Assembly (NCBI GenBank): GCA_964036045.1
Contig: OZ038379.1
Location: 48,112,001 to 48,176,000, forward strand
Length of the DNA stretch: 64,000 bases
Direction: 5' to 3'
Source of the DNA: Eutreptiella sp. 'Long Island Sound 2002'
Taxonomy: Eukaryota; Protista; Euglenida
Shown: piece after piece, positions 37,554 to 51,695 of the stretch
Layout: the number at the start of each line of letters is the position of its first letter
How positions within the stretch are numbered: position 1 is the stretch's first letter
The notes under the pieces: model-generated
The model's input: the letters and a program-made list of their open reading frames with translations, nothing else
Told to the model about the DNA's origin: nothing
Database searches by the model: none
Made by a program: the position numbers and the translations under genes

Positions 37554-40500
37554 AGATACTGGAGTCCCTCAAGGCGGGGGCTTGCGCCCCCATGACCCTA
37601 AATCGCGTGGAGCGGGCCACCTGCCGCCCTTCCACTTAGGGTCCCGTAGCGCTTGGGCCCAAGACGCCGAGGGGACCGAAACCACAGCAACTAAGGTCCG
37701 CTCGTAATTGGCCATGGCGGCCATTGCGGTGGTCAGCACGAGAGGTGCTCCCCGGGTTGGAGTAAGGGGCAACGTACGGTGCTCTAGATCAAGCCGAGCA
37801 GTATCCACCGACAAATACCGATAATCCCACTTAACGCAGACCTGCACGGGGTGGGGGGGGGGGGGGGGCGTAGGTGCGCCCTGTGGGATGTACAACACGC
37901 ACTGGCACACCGTTATCAAGGCCCGGCTGTTGAGAGGCACCGCCCACAGCGGGGGTGCGACAGACCAGACATACACATACCCCATAGTTTGAAGCCACCA
38001 TCCTAGGTGTGTGCCCAGTCTAGGGTCAGAAGTCGGAGCTCCGACTTCCCCTCTACCGCATTGTACACCGTGACCCGCGGCCCCGGCTCGTCGGGGGCAG
38101 GGATGGTATCCCTTCCCACCTAGAGAGCGAGAAGGGGGAGCCCGTGGGTCAAGTCAACGAGCTGGAGGAGCTCGCGCGTTCCGTTGGCACATTGGGCCGA
38201 AAGAGGGCACAGACCGTCACTCTTTGCGGAGTTTGGGGCCAGGGATGGGGCTGGCATCTTGGCCCCCTTCTCGCATGCGGCACACCACCTCCGAAAAACA
38301 GCGGTTGTCCGATAAAACCACGACGTCCATGGTCTTGCACAGGTTGACCTCCTCCAATGTGGCATCCGCGATGAGGGCCGCAAGGCGGGACACATGTGGG
38401 TTATAAGCTAGAGGAGGCGTGCGCCCTGGGGCATGCGGCTCAGTCTCGGTGCCAAACTCAAGGCCGTCGTCCGAAGAATTCGCTGTTGGTGAGGTGTGTG
38501 GGAGGTCCGCGTGCCTTGCGTCATTCCCTGGGAGGCTATGTAGCTGGATGGCCATGCTTTGGGAGGCATCCACAGTAATGTGGGGAAGCCCGCGGGCCGG
38601 ATCACTCCCCCGCGCAGGATGGACGGGGGTACCGGGGATGGTAGGGGATCGATGTGCCCGGAGGGACACCTCCTCGTCATCGGCGTCTAGGGCGGGGCCA
38701 TAGGCTGTACCGCAGGGGCGTGCCGCTGAACATATTCGTCACACGACCTAGGGTTCCAGCTGTGGCACGTGGCACACCATGCCATGAGCGGGTGACGCCC
38801 GGGGTTCTCCGGCGAGGGAGGGGGCTCCGGCCAGCCTTTGTACGGGCGAAGCGAGTGGGGCACAAAGCCAGCCAACCGTTGGCAGGGTGTCGGCCGACAG
38901 GTTAGGCACGGCCTCCTCATGCGGCGGTTGCAGTACGCCCTCCGAGGGGTCGACCTCCATCACGTTGTGGGATCGCTCCGGCGGGGTTGATTGGCAGCAC
39001 GCTAGCTCTACTTGGGGTGCAGGCACGGGACTAGTCGGGGCCCCGCCTATATGGCCGCGTTGGTGAGGGGTTCGCCCTTGGGTAGGGTTGGGGGCCTATT
39101 TTGCCGTGGGGGACTCACGGGAGTGAAACTGGCAGTCTTGGTTGCCCTGTGGCGCATTCGTGTTGCATCCTCGGCCATTCGAGGCCTCGATGTGTTGGTG
39201 TGCTTGGCCGGGCACCGTGCCCGCAGCCTTGGCATAGTCGTCCTAGTAATCTGCCGACACCCACGACCGTGGGGCAAGGAATTTGTCTGGACATTAGGGG
39301 GAAAGGCCTGGTTTACAAATGGGGGCTCCTAAGTAATGTCCGCCACGGGCCTCTGGCCACGCCATTACTGCCGCGTAGTCCGTAGTGGTGCCAATTGCCG
39401 GACACCCGCGGCCATAGACGCTGTTCAGTGTGTCCGGTGTGGACGAGCACAATGCCCCCGTGCCCTGGGTTAATGATTCTTAGTGCGGCTTCGGTGTGAC
39501 CACCTGGGCCGGGAAACTGCATGGGGGAGGGGGGGGGCAGGCAGCACAGTAAGTTGGCGTACCTGTTCAAGCAGTCGGAGGTCCAAGACCCCTGCAAGTG
39601 GCGGTGGAGGAGAGCGCAAGTATTCAGCTATCGTGACCTCTACGTTCGCTGGTGTTTGCGGCAGGGCTGCGGCGGTGAGGGCTCCGCTCTCAGGGGCGAC
39701 GGGCTGCTGCCCTTTTGTCTCGCCGGGCCGCGGCTGCGCGATGACTTCCACTATAAGGCATTATACCGGGCCTGTGTTGAGGACGGAGTCTGTTGGTTGT
39801 TAGGGCGGGGACTCGGCTGCCTCGTGCCTCCCTAGCCCCCCCCTCAGGGCACCATCTCGGCTGTACACCAAAACTGGGCAAACCGCCTCCAAGTGGACAT
39901 AGTTCACTTCCGTTGGCCGGTGTCGGCGACGGTGGGACCGTTCCTAGGGCCGCGCTGACGATTGCACGCCCAGCCACTAATTGTTGGAGGGACGGCAAGT
40001 GAGATACCAATGTGCCTCACCACCGGGACGACGTCTGTGACCCCCATCGCCCCGTCCAACCACAAGCCCACACGTAGCCCCAACAGCATGATTGTGCGGG
40101 TACGGTCGCCAACCCGGAATCACGTGCGGTCCGGCGACCTTCACCCGAGCCGGATAGGTACAAGGTATCGTGTCGCCGAACCCCACAGAGGGAAATGGGC
40201 GAAATGGGGCCGCTTGGAATCCCCCTCACCCAACGCAGATCGGAAACACTGGCAAAAATGAACCTGAGATTGGCGAGGGGATGACATAGGTGGTCATCTT
40301 ACAACTGGACCCCGGAGCGGCGTGAGCGCCGATCCCCTATCAAGAGGGGAGCCGATAGCCCCCTCCCCCCCTCCCGCAGGTTGAGCCCGCCTCCGGTAGG
40401 CGACACCCTCGACCGCTCGCGGCATGCGGAGGACCGCGGCCCCCGCTAGTCTCCAGAACCCACACCCCATTGGACATAGGATGAAGGGTAAGGTGGCGGC

Positions 40501-41779
40501 GGCAGTCCCCAAGCCCAAACTGAGTGCGGCGCTTGCGATACGACGCTTGGGGGCCCGGGAGGCTGCCAAAGTGGGACCCTAGCACAGCCCCCAATCTCCC
40601 CCCGCCCCACCAAAAGCCGGAGGACCCCTGGCCAAAGCCCAAGAGGCCCGGATGAGCGCGAGGCGTGGCGCAGCCGAACGCACAACCTCAACCCCAGCCC
40701 CCCTAGTGCCCAAAAGGGAGGAACCCCATGGCCCCGGCGAAACCGGGCCTCATGATGGGGACACAACCCACACCCCGCCTAGTGGCCACTTGCTGGTAAG
40801 GACCTTGGTCCCCGCCAGGCCAACGTGGGCAGTGTGCAAGTGCAGACCCACGGAAAGATATGTGCTTTAGGGGCCACGCGAAGCACACCTAGCCTTGCGC
40901 CGCGGGTCATGAACCCCGTGCACGCGAATGAGGCTGCACCGCCGACAACCCAAAGGAAGGCAGGCACTGCCCTGTACATCCGGCGTTTGCCCGTGGGCTG
41001 GACTAGTCCAAACCTCGCCGACCGCTACAGTGCAGCCTGGGACTAGGCCGGGCGGGCCTTCGTAGAGCGGTGGCCTATGACCGCCAACTTGCCAGGTAGG
41101 CATGCTGTCCCACATCCCGCATATCAGACCGTGCGGTAAGGGGAGCATGGGGGGCTTGTCGGGGGAGCCAGCACGCGACTCCGCACGATAGTACGCCACA
41201 CGATAGTACGCGGGGTACACCGGCTGCACGGGGGTCTCCATCAAGGATTGGAGCAAGCAGTAGGGGGGGTGGGCATAATGGGGAGTCGTCCCCGAGTAGC
41301 TTGGGGCATGACACGGCTGCAGTATAGCGGGTCTGCCGTCACGGCTAGGCGTGGCACGTAAAAAGTCGGAGGTGCGGCGGGGAACATGCTGCCTTATGGC
41401 CTAAGCAAACAAGTGAAGCATTGGGTAGGTTTCGTGGGTGTAGCCGTGCCCTCCCTGTACGCCAGGCATGTAGCGTCCAACACAAAAGCCGAAAACTCCG
41501 GGCTTGCGGGGGCCTTCAGCGGCCGCTGTTACGGGGACGGGCTCTACGACACGCACCACGAGGCGCCACGTTGTAACCGATGGGGGTGGCGGGAGGGGAG
41601 GGGGGGTAGTTGTGGGGTGGGGGGGGACGTGGTGCTTCGGCCATGGGGGCACCAGCCAAGAGAAGACAGTTAGCATCCCCCGTGCCTGGGGCCGCCATGC
41701 CGGAAGCATGATTGTTTGGGGGGGGCCTAAGCCCTGCTAATGCGGGTGGGACGCCACTGCAAGACGGGTCGCCTGTCGC

Positions 41780-42350
41780 CGCGGCTGGTCGCCACCCACG
41801 AGGGGTCGTCTCTGAGGGGAGGTCACAGCCGTGCACCCGCCAAGCGGAGATGGATTGTCTCTCCACGTTGGTGGTCGCTGCTTCAGGGGGGGGGGGGTGT
41901 CCGTGTAGGGGGGGACATTTCCCTCCTACTACAGGTACACCCGCTCAGAGGATACAGGTTGCCTCACCATGCCGGTGGGCGCTACTCGGGGAGGGTGCCC
42001 GTTTAGGGGAGGCTAGAGCCCTTCTGTTGCGGGTTCACCGTCCGGGTTGAGACGGGTTGCCTCTTTGTGTTGGTGGTTACCGCTCGGGAGGGGCGGTCAC
42101 TGGGGGGACGCTAGAGCCTTCCCGGTGCAGGTGTACCGGCTACGGGGTGACGGGCTTCCTCTCTACGCAGGTGGTTGCTGCTTGGGAGGGGTGAACAATT
42201 CAAGAAGGGCCAAGGCCCCCGTGTTGGGGGTTCATCCGCGAAGAGAAGATGGGTTGCCTCTCCGTGCCCGTGGCCGTCGCTCGGGAGGGGGGGTTGCTGA
42301 GGGGAGGGCCACAGTGAAACAGGCTGCCTCTCCCTGCTTGTGGTCGCTGC
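41780..42350. repeat. Diverged tandem repeat, period about 100 bp, 5-6 copies
   Basis: Anchor G(G/A/C)TTGCCTCT-like at 41853, 41958, 42056, 42154 and 42253, with a truncated unit at 42323. Confidence 0.6.
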
Positions 42351-42469
42351 CCGCAAGGACCGGGCCATATGGTTGACCCGGCATGAGTGTTAGTGGTGGT
42401 GGACACCAACTGGGCGTGCCCGGCCGGCGGACAGAGGCACCCCGTGCCCAGATGACACATGCGAAAGAT

Positions 42470-42680
42470 CGTTTCTAAGAGCCTTTAACCTCGGGGACCG
42501 GGTGGACCTCCACGCGTTCCCAAACAAGACCTACTCCTATTTCTAGGGAGCTGCCCGCTCCCGCATTGACACGGTCGCCCGCCACAAGGACGCTACAGTA
42601 GCCGTGGCATCCTATCACAAATGGGGCAGCCCCCTCATGTCACACCACGATGTCCCCCTCCTCTGGACCCTCATCCCCCC
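42470..42680 (+). pseudogene. AP-endonuclease C-terminal fragment of a LINE
   Basis: FLRAFNL...TYSYF*GAARSRIDTV...MSHHDVPL matches the Y-T-Y...SRID...SDH-x-P pattern. Confidence 0.55.
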
Positions 42681-43857
42681 CCGTGGTCCGACGGGACAAG
42701 TCCCCCCCCCCACACGGTGTCCCGCACACCTGAGCACCACCCAGGCCCGGTGGAAGAGGCCGACTTCTGAGCCTCCGTGCTCCAACGGCGCGACATCAAC
42801 CCCCTCATTGCCCCGGTCCGCTGGTTGAAGTGGCTTCAGTGAGCTATTTATGATTGGGCCGCCACTACGGGTTGCATCGGGACCCTCAACTTCCCGCACG
42901 CCCGGCTGCGGTCCCGCCCAGCGGAGCGGGCCTCCTGTACACCGCCATTTGGTTGTTCGTCGCTGGCCATACGCTGCTTTGGCACCTGTCGAGCTGCTGC
43001 CCCCGCAGGGTGGTCGTCAGACGGGTTGTCTAGGCACTAAGCCCTTGGGTCTCTATTGTATTGGCCACTGTGATGTGCGCCATGCGCCGGCGGGCTGTGT
43101 ATCTCGCTGGCCTGCACATCTTGTCTTTCGCCCCCGGTGTCGACGACACGATTGATGGTGCAGTCACCTTGGTGTCTTATGCACACCTGCCGGTGTCAAT
43201 CGCGCATGCACTGCTCGCCGGCGCGGCCCCGGACGGCGGCTTTGCCGTCATTACCACCTGCCCGTCGCCTACCAGTCTGATATATGTGCTGGGGTGGGAC
43301 GTGCGATGGTGCTTGGCATTGCACGACCCCAAGTTGTGGGCCACCCTGGGCTCTTACGTTCTACGCCCGCCCCAGAGCAACTGATCTCTGAGTAGACCCC
43401 ATTTGGGCTCTGAGCCCCTCGAAATGCACAGAACTAAATACCCGACAACGACGTCGCCACCGACCAGCGCCGGTCTCATGCCAGGGATACCAGGGAGGAG
43501 CACCACCCAAAGCACGGCACTCAGCACACCCCCCGGGAAGCGCTGCCACACACACCCCCACTATGGGAGGCCAGTTGGCCCCGTGTCGCCGCCAGCAACC
43601 CAACCAACCCCGAGCCCTTCACCAAGGGACCATGAGGGAAGGACCTCTAGGCACTTCCCAATATCGTAGGGCATACCGGACTACACCAGACCCCCCGTAG
43701 GGGACCCGCAGCCACCGCAACAAGGCAGAGCAGCGGGGACCAGCGGACACACACAACACAGAAAAACACAGCGCGCGCACACGCACACAGCCCTGCCTGT
43801 GTTGCTATGCTCGTAAGCAAGATAACCCAGCCATTGCCATCTGGTATCAGCACCTTT

Positions 43858-43965
43858 GGCACACCACACCACACCACACCACACCACACCACACCACAAC
43901 ACAGCCACACCACACGACACCACACCACACCATGACACAGCACGATACCACACGACACAACACAA
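43858..43965. repeat. (CACAC)n pentanucleotide microsatellite (similar at 18150-18186 and, inverted, 33100-33121)
   Basis: Directly visible. Confidence 0.9.
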
Positions 43966-44099
43966 CTTTCAAAAACAAACATGAACCACACCAGACAGGT
44001 GTGTTCTGAGCAGTGCAGCCAGAGGCGCATACTGCCACAATTGCCCGCAATTACCCGTGACTGCACATGCACTGCATGTGAGCGGCAGGCCCTGAGGCT

Positions 44100-44330
44100 G
44101 CAGAAAATACCTCAGAGAAACAGCCGACAGAACTGTTGGCGTTGGAGGTGCTCCTCCAAGCATTCCTCAGGCCATTGTCCCCGGTAAATGGGTCTGGGGA
44201 AGTAACGGCATACATTTCTGTGGATACCGATACAGTGCCCATCGTTACCCCGTTTCTGACAGCTGGACAGGCGCAGGGGGATACAAAGCAAGGGTTATGG
44301 AATGTGTATAAAATCATCCACTATGGTGGG
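44100..44330 (+). pseudogene. RNase H-like fragment, DIRS/Ngaro-type pattern
   Basis: TELLALEVLLQAF...VTAYISVDTDTVPIV resembles the E-L-x-A...D-N motifs of tyrosine-recombinase retrotransposon RNase H. Confidence 0.3.
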
Positions 44331-45185
44331 GTAGCGCGGAGCAGGGGTTGGGGTGCCTCACGCCTTACACATGGTTCATTGGAGCGCACTGAGCACCCAA
44401 AGTGCAAAGCTTGGTCCTCACGGAGGCCTCCAAGTGGGCGGTGGACAAGCCCCAGGGTGAAGCGGGCAGTGACCCAGGAGTAAGGACCAAAAACTTCATG
44501 GGAGCCCATGGTGACCCCTCCTAGGCCTGCGCGCTAATCAGGCACAGTTTCGTTAGGAATCAGTCCCGTGCCACGTGGCTGTCAGCAATATCTGCTGGTT
44601 GTAACCGGACCTCAGTAGGACCCATCTGCACCCTGTGTCCGACTCAGTAGGACCCAGCTCCCTCTGATCAGGGGTGACCGGGCGGACGCGGCTACTCTGG
44701 AGATGCATTGAATGTACATCCTCCAGCCCACGGCTATGGTCAAACAGGGGGGACTGAGCCTACAAAGTGGAGTGCTGATGGCACCGATTCAAGGCTGACT
44801 GAGGGCAGTTCCCAGGCCGCACAGTTACCAATGCCATGTCGGCGTGCCTTTGAAGGAGGGCAGGTATTACTGCGTATCGGGTGGCGCAGCAGGAGGAGCC
44901 GGATGGACCTCAGCAACCTCCGCCCTCATGCAGTTGGAAGAGCAGTTGCGTGGTAAAAGCGTTTGGAGGGCAGCGCGGGGCCATATGGAAGCGATTGGGC
45001 GGAAATGTGAGGGAGGCTTCCTCGCCCTGTAGGCCTGCTCTGGCTTCCATGGGGAACATCGGGGATCAAGCAGTATACATCATTTGCCCCGCTAACGCTT
45101 TCGTGTAAGTGCGGGCGTGGGTGGAGATCCTGCTTGAGTCCTGCTCTCATTCAACCGCACTCCCTCTGTTGAACCAATCAGCGGA

Positions 45186-46245
45186 TCAAGCGGACGTGCC
45201 TCCAGCAGAAAGCTGCTGAAGCATCCCCAGGCCATCGGCACGGTGCAGATCCACTGCCTGTGCGCCACTCAACAGCGCGTGAACACCAGTGAACGGCTTA
45301 GGGTGCTGCCTGCGTTCCTTCAGCTGCTGCAGCATCGACAGTCCCTGGGGCCGCTCCGGACCACCACTGGCCACCACAGACATCAACTTGTGGATGACAG
45401 AGCCTTCCTGCAAAAAGGAGGAGACTCCCGAGGGGCTGAGCACACTCGGAGAGCTGCTGATGCCCACACTTAACTGCACCTGTGCCAAGGACGGCAGCGT
45501 GAAGGCGCCCCCAGCAGCCACTTCAAGGACCGTCGACAGTGCACTGAAGGTGGAGTCTCCGTCAGCCCGCGCAGCAGCGGCCGAGAGGCAGCCTGCGACT
45601 TGCCCTAGCGACGGGACGTGGAGGCCAGCCCCTGAGGCAACCCCCATCACATCCAAGAGGCTCCCGCATGCCCGGGATTCTTTCAGATCCACAGCGGCCG
45701 GCTGGGTACCCTTGAGCTTCATCGCCGCCTGCACAGCGTGCAAGTGTGCGAGACCCGGGTCACGGGCAGCAGCCGTCATTAGTGCAGGCAGAGACTTGTA
45801 TCGATCTCCGGACTGTCTAGCTCGGCCCAGCGCCTCAAGCCCAGTCTTGTCTGCGGTGAGTGCGCCAGAGGCATTGAGCAACGGCGCGATGCCATCCGCC
45901 AGGGTGGCGTCTGACGGCGGAGCGTGAGCACGGCGGAGCAAGGCCAGCCCGGGCTGCGCTTCGGCGACGGCAGCAGAAGAACTGAGCAGGCTTGATACCC
46001 CGTCGGCGATCAAGTACTTCCTCTCCGGGAGGGATTGCGCGCGCACCAAAAGGACCAGCCCTAGCTTGCTCTCAGGGACAAGCGTTGAAGCGTTGAGGAG
46101 GAGGGACGTCGCGACTTCTGACAGCGTCCTGCTTGTTTTTGGACTCTGGGAACGGTCCAGCAAGGAAAGCCCCGTCATGACCTCAGGGACAGCTGCTGCT
46201 GCACTCATGAGAATCGACACACCTTCGGCCGGACTGTCAACAAAA
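45186..46245 (-). CDS. Uninterrupted Ala/Leu/Ser-rich repeat-protein exon (about 350 codons)
   Basis: Open frame with about 36-aa repeats starting GL-x-x-L-x-R. A long pyrimidine tract ending ...GTTGACAG lies immediately upstream, so this is probably a terminal exon. Confidence 0.55.
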
Positions 46246-47149
46246 ACAGTGAAACCCCCAAAGGGACAAGGGGGAGGCAGGGGGGGAGGGAGGGACAAAA
46301 AAGAACTGAGAGATAGGCACAATATGAAAGGGAGGATACTTAAAAATGGCCGCTATTGTGCCTCACATAGACATCATACCTTGACAGTTGAGAGCGGTCA
46401 CCATTGAGGACTACCGAAGTAGTGCGTACCCAAAGGGCATGCCTCCATGCACTGTGTTCCGGTTTGGATCAGGAGACGACGATGCACCCTGTCCGAGTTG
46501 TGCACGAGGTCTACAAAAGGTGTGGCATGATTTTGAATGCCATGGTTCTACTCCAAAGTGCTTGGGGGTTTCACAGACACACAAATGCACGCACGCACGC
46601 TCAGGTAAGTGTAGTTTCCCACAATGTGGGATGGTTGAAAGGGCAGGAGCTGCAGAGTATTGGCAGCACACTGTGTAAAAAGAGAAGCAGCATTAAGGAA
46701 CGTTTAGGAGTTGAACCTCACATGCATGATTGGAGCTGATTGCCTTGATTGACTTGTACACACACACACAGACACACACACATTGAGAATTGCGAAAGAC
46801 AAACAAAGCAAGAAGTTGGAAAAAATTCCTCACGAGCTGCAGACCTAAAGAAATCCACAGAGGAGTTCATGTTTTGCTTTACCATGGCCGTTACATCCGG
46901 GGGGGGGGGGGGGCGACCCCTCGGTTCTGGACGCCAACTACCCCCCCCCCCCCCCCAACTAACTGTTGGCCGGAGGCCCCTTGGGGGGGGGGGTGAGGGA
47001 GGGGCGATTGGGGGGGGGTCTAGGAGGGGCTGGGGGGGGGGGGCTCCAGGAGGGTCGCTTGGGGGGGGGGGGGTCCAGGTGCAGCGATTTGGGGTGGTGG
47101 GGTGGAGCAGATGGGGCGATTTGGGGTGTTGGGGGGGGGGAAGGGGGGT

Positions 47150-47282
47150 GCTTGGTAAAACTTAGTACCGGACGAGGTAACACTTGGTAAAATTTGGTAA
47201 AACTTAGTAGAAACGAGGTAAAACTTGGTAAAAATTGTTTAAAATTTTTTTCTAAATTTATATTTACTAAGTTTTACCTTGG
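47150..47282. repeat. Cluster of GGTAAAAC(T)T repeats with an inverted copy, probable transposon end
   Basis: CTTGGTAAAA-type repeats occur about five times in 47151-47235, and TACTAAGTTTTACC inverted at about 47265-47278. Confidence 0.5.
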
Positions 47283-47556
47283 TCTACTATGCCCCCCCCC
47301 CCCCCGGCTGCCGTTTTAAACAACGTAGTCAATACTTCGATGGTAGGTGGTACTTTTGTTTGAGGGCACAAGGCCCCCGCGCCGATTCTCGGCCACTTGT
47401 GTTAGTGGCACCCCACCCAGGCCAAACCATCATGCACACCAATTAGTTGGCACTCGGCCAACATAACAAAATATAATTGGGGTCGGGCACTAGAAACAAA
47501 ATCAGGCTCAAGAAAAGAGTCCTAACGGGCCCATGGCCAACATCTGTGCCAACTAC

Positions 47557-50540
47557 TTACAAGTAGTTACAAAAGACACTCTTGAAAATCAAGTCGGCCT
47601 TGGTATCTGCTCGGCGCGGTTTGCCTCGCACTGTGGGATTATTGGTGCACATCCCAAACAGGGCCGTTTTGAACTCCCCTTGCAGCTGAGTGCAAAATGC
47701 TTGGCCATTTCTCACTTGACCATCAGCATTTTGGGAATATTGAGGAGGCACTGCATACCACTTGTGACATATCCACACACCACAACAGGTGTTAGCAGCA
47801 GAAGCAGCAACAACAGCAGAAGCAATAGCAACAGCAGCAATGTTGGCCGTCCAGAATTGGCGCAACTCAACACAGATCTCCGATTGACACAAGATGGACG
47901 CATGCAAGGCACAATGAAGAACCTTACATTTGTGGCACGCGATGCGAGGTGTGCCATCACAAGAAAAGCATGTGTCAACGGGGTCCACAGATTTGGGTTC
48001 GGGTAACATCCGAGCCACCTCCCAGTGTACTGCCGGGGTCTTAAGGGTGGAGGCCGGCTTTGAACGACTGAAGTACAAAGTAGCCCTAGCCATGTCACGC
48101 AACAACCACAATCGACCTAGTCGCACTTGCAATATGCCCTTGACAACGCGCCGAGATAAGGCACGAAGCAATGTCAAGAGACATGCCGGATGGCAACTGA
48201 CACCATCAATCTGCTGGATGAAGGTGGAATACCGGGGTGCAATTGCAAATGCAAGGGCACCAAAAGCATCCGAAATCTTTGACCACTTCTTCCGCTGCTA
48301 TGATTCAACGCCTTCTCACTCGGCAATCCACAACAAAAAACTCCTCCTGGTTTGCCCCATCAATGTGTGGCCGGCCACACATTGGGTCAAATTTAAGGCC
48401 AAGGTATTCGCGAGTTGGGGCAATGGGCAACAAGCGGAGCACCCAATGCCAATTGCTCAAATTATACACCTGCGCCACAATCAGGGGTGGTGCGAAAGGC
48501 ATATCTATGGACGACGCTTCCAAAATGCGCTCTGCCCACGATCCAACCAACTGTTTTCGGCATTGTGCACTGGTACATGAGGCATTCCACAAAGAATCGC
48601 GGACAACCCGCGCCACACCCATTCTATCCCAATCCGCACCGAGAGCGGTTTGGGCAGCCCATCAGTAATACACCACAATTTGAGCACAATCTGTCACATA
48701 GCTCTCGTTGGTGAGGTCCCTGAAATGGCGTGCCTTAAACTCAAATTGTTGCGGCGACAAACCTGGAACCGTGACATGTAGTGGCGGCCTCCAATCATTG
48801 CCAAGCATTGCCTCTACCTCTGACAAGGATGGGCGAAACGAGCCTTGGCTATCACTCAATGCTTTGCAAACATCAGCCTGTTGTTGCTCAACATATATTA
48901 ACCGTGCGGTCTCCAAGAAGCGGTTTGTCGTGAAAACAATTGCCATAGAGGTGGTGAGGCAATAATCCAATAAAATCACCGCATCAAGAGAGTCACTACT
49001 TGTTGGCGACACATTTAGCAGCGTAGTCAACTCCTCCATTGTCATGTTCATGCCCCCACCATAGTTTTTTCGACAAGCCCCTTGCAAATGCCAACGTATT
49101 TTCTCCGTGAGGCAGTGGCGGGTATAAGCAGTGCACAACTGCTTCTCCGTCTGTAGTGTATCACTGATTTCCATGGGGTTTTTTCGGTGTTCAAAATACT
49201 CTGTTTGAATGATTTCCCGAACACCCCCGAGCAAGTCGGCCCCTCGCACCTTGAACTCCGTACGATGGGAACAATCGTTGGTATGTGGTATGACAACATC
49301 CACGTACCACTGCCCCTGAGAAGCAACATCTCCGCGGACTTTTGCAAGGGCTGGGCATGGGCCGCAAGGTCCCTTGAGGAGGCACCCGGTACAGCACATG
49401 GCATGCTGAAGTGACTCTCCGTATGCCTAAACTTGAAACCTTTATCGCGATAGTTGTGAATAGCCTCCTTAATAGTCTAAAACATCTCAATTTCGTTGTC
49501 TCAATCATCCACTGTGTCCCCTTCATCCTCTCCCACTTCGTCCTGGCCCTCTCCCTTGTCATGTGCCTTTGACGCTTAGCGGACAGGCCTGGTAAGACAG
49601 AGGGGGTTCGTTGGTCCACTTGGTGGGTTCCACATAACTCCTTGCACCATGGTGCACTTTTCAGAGTTGTCGGGATCATCAGCAACAGAATCTTTGCACC
49701 ACATGCCATAACAAGTTCCTCCAATTCCTCATTCAATACGGGATGGTGACATAGGCAATATGTCTCGAAGAGCTTCCATTTCACCGAAAGCGAACTCCCC
49801 GGAGAAAAGACAAATTGGTTGTCAAACCATGTGAGGAACCGCTGGAATGTGCCCTTCTCGCCTCTTCACTTTGCATCAGACTCACCGTCCTTCCAACGCC
49901 CACCACTAACAACCCGTGTGTGTGTCACCTTACCATCCGGTGTGCTTCGGGGCAGGAGTTCCAACTCCAAACCCTTACTCTTAAAAAACCGGGTTACTGC
50001 TTGCTCATCCACATTTGCCACTAGGGCCATAGCGGTGTGCACAGCAGTAGAACCTGGAAAAACATCATCTTAGTTGCCAGTCACCTAAATGTTTGCACTG
50101 AACCACTGCGAAAGGGTGGGTGCCGCATCAACACCTTCTTCCGGCGCCGATTGCGCACTCAACGGTTCTAACGATGCCGTGCGATATCACACTTTGAATG
50201 TGCAAGTTTCTAACTTGCTAGTGGCCTTGCAATATTTTGTGTCCGGACATGCTCCTTGCTGCTTAAGGAAAGCACTAATCTTGTTACGACCGACATGAGG
50301 CACCCCATTGCGGATGCGTTCCAGCAATGATTTTGACCAAACTAAATGTGTGTCATGAGGTGTGAACTCCAAGTGGGTGGCAACCCACTTTGCAAGTGTA
50401 AGTGGTGCTGAATTTTGTGACATGTGGTGAGACGTGATGGTATGCCGTAAAGCCCACCGAACAGACTGAGAGTTGAAAAAAGACACTCTTCTGGGACACC
50501 CACAAGCTCTATTGGTTTTTGCAACTGTCACATGCAAAAG
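47557..50540 (-). mobile_element. Decayed Mutator-like (MULE) transposase region
   Basis: CPALAKV...WYVDVVIPHTNDCSH (WRKY/FAR1-like Zn finger), LWCITDGLPK (catalytic D-like), CFSCDG...CHKCKVLHCALH (SWIM/PHD-like). Multiple frameshifts. Ends not found. Confidence 0.5.
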
Positions 50541-51695
50541 GGCATGTTACCCTGGTGTATATATAGACTTTGTGAATGGTATTTTGCTTAGCCCACGTTA
50601 CAAGGAGGTTGGACATCGCAACTCCACACTATGAGGAGCCCCGGGCGTCCCTAGCCATCAGTTTTTTCTTTTTCCCCCTCTCCGGCTGGAATATTGAAAT
50701 TGCAAACACAATTAATGGTTGGAGACGGAGGCAAGTGCGTGCGTATGGCCATAGCAACTTGAGGCGGTGGCCTTGGACCACACAGCGCCAGTCTACAAGC
50801 ACCTGTGCCCGCTTACACCACACATACAACAAACAAGCTTAACCTCCGTACCGGCATTGTTGCCTTGCAATGGACACACATTAGCCACCGCTCAGCCAAA
50901 AAAAGTGTTTTGTTGTGTTACCGCGTGGCGGGTGGTGCGGCCTCTCACTCGGACCCAAAATTTGTGTCGTTGGAAAAATCGCCACCCATACCCCCCCCCC
51001 CCTTGGGGGTATGACACGGGGGGCGGCCACTATAGGGATAGGGCCGCCCCCCAACTAGCAAGGCACATGGGGTAGCTCAACTGCCATTCCATCCCCTACA
51101 TGAACAACGGCGGTAATATAGCAAACATTGCAAGACAAAATAGAAACCGAATCGAGAGGTGTTGGGGGGGCCCATGCACGTTCACAAAGAGAACAAAAGA
51201 AGACAACATACAACGTTCAATGAAGGGAAGAACGCCAAGCCCGAGGTTCATTATGGTCCTCAAAATTTCCTATGATCATCACAAACATGAATGTCATAGG
51301 ATGTTTATAAAGGGAATGATGCAATGCATTTTGACTGTGAGTCCCCCACATGAACCGCACCTTGGCATGTGTCTGCGACTCTTTACCCATGAGTGATGAG
51401 TAAGCTCCTGCATCACCTGAGGGGTAGAGGTTCACAAACATCAAGGAAAAGTACAATGCATGCGTGTTCCAAGGGTACCATCCGTGCACGCAGAACTGAT
51501 TGTGGCCGGTTTCTTGGTGCATACCTCGGTGCCATCTGCAGAGCTTTGCTTGGAGGACACCGTTGCAAACACGAAGGGCAAAAGAAAAAAAGGGGGGGCA
51601 CCAAATCAGAAATCGCCCACAAGTGGACCCAATGGCTACATAACCCCTGCCGACTCCATGGGATCCCAACACATCGCCTACCATGAATTGACAGC

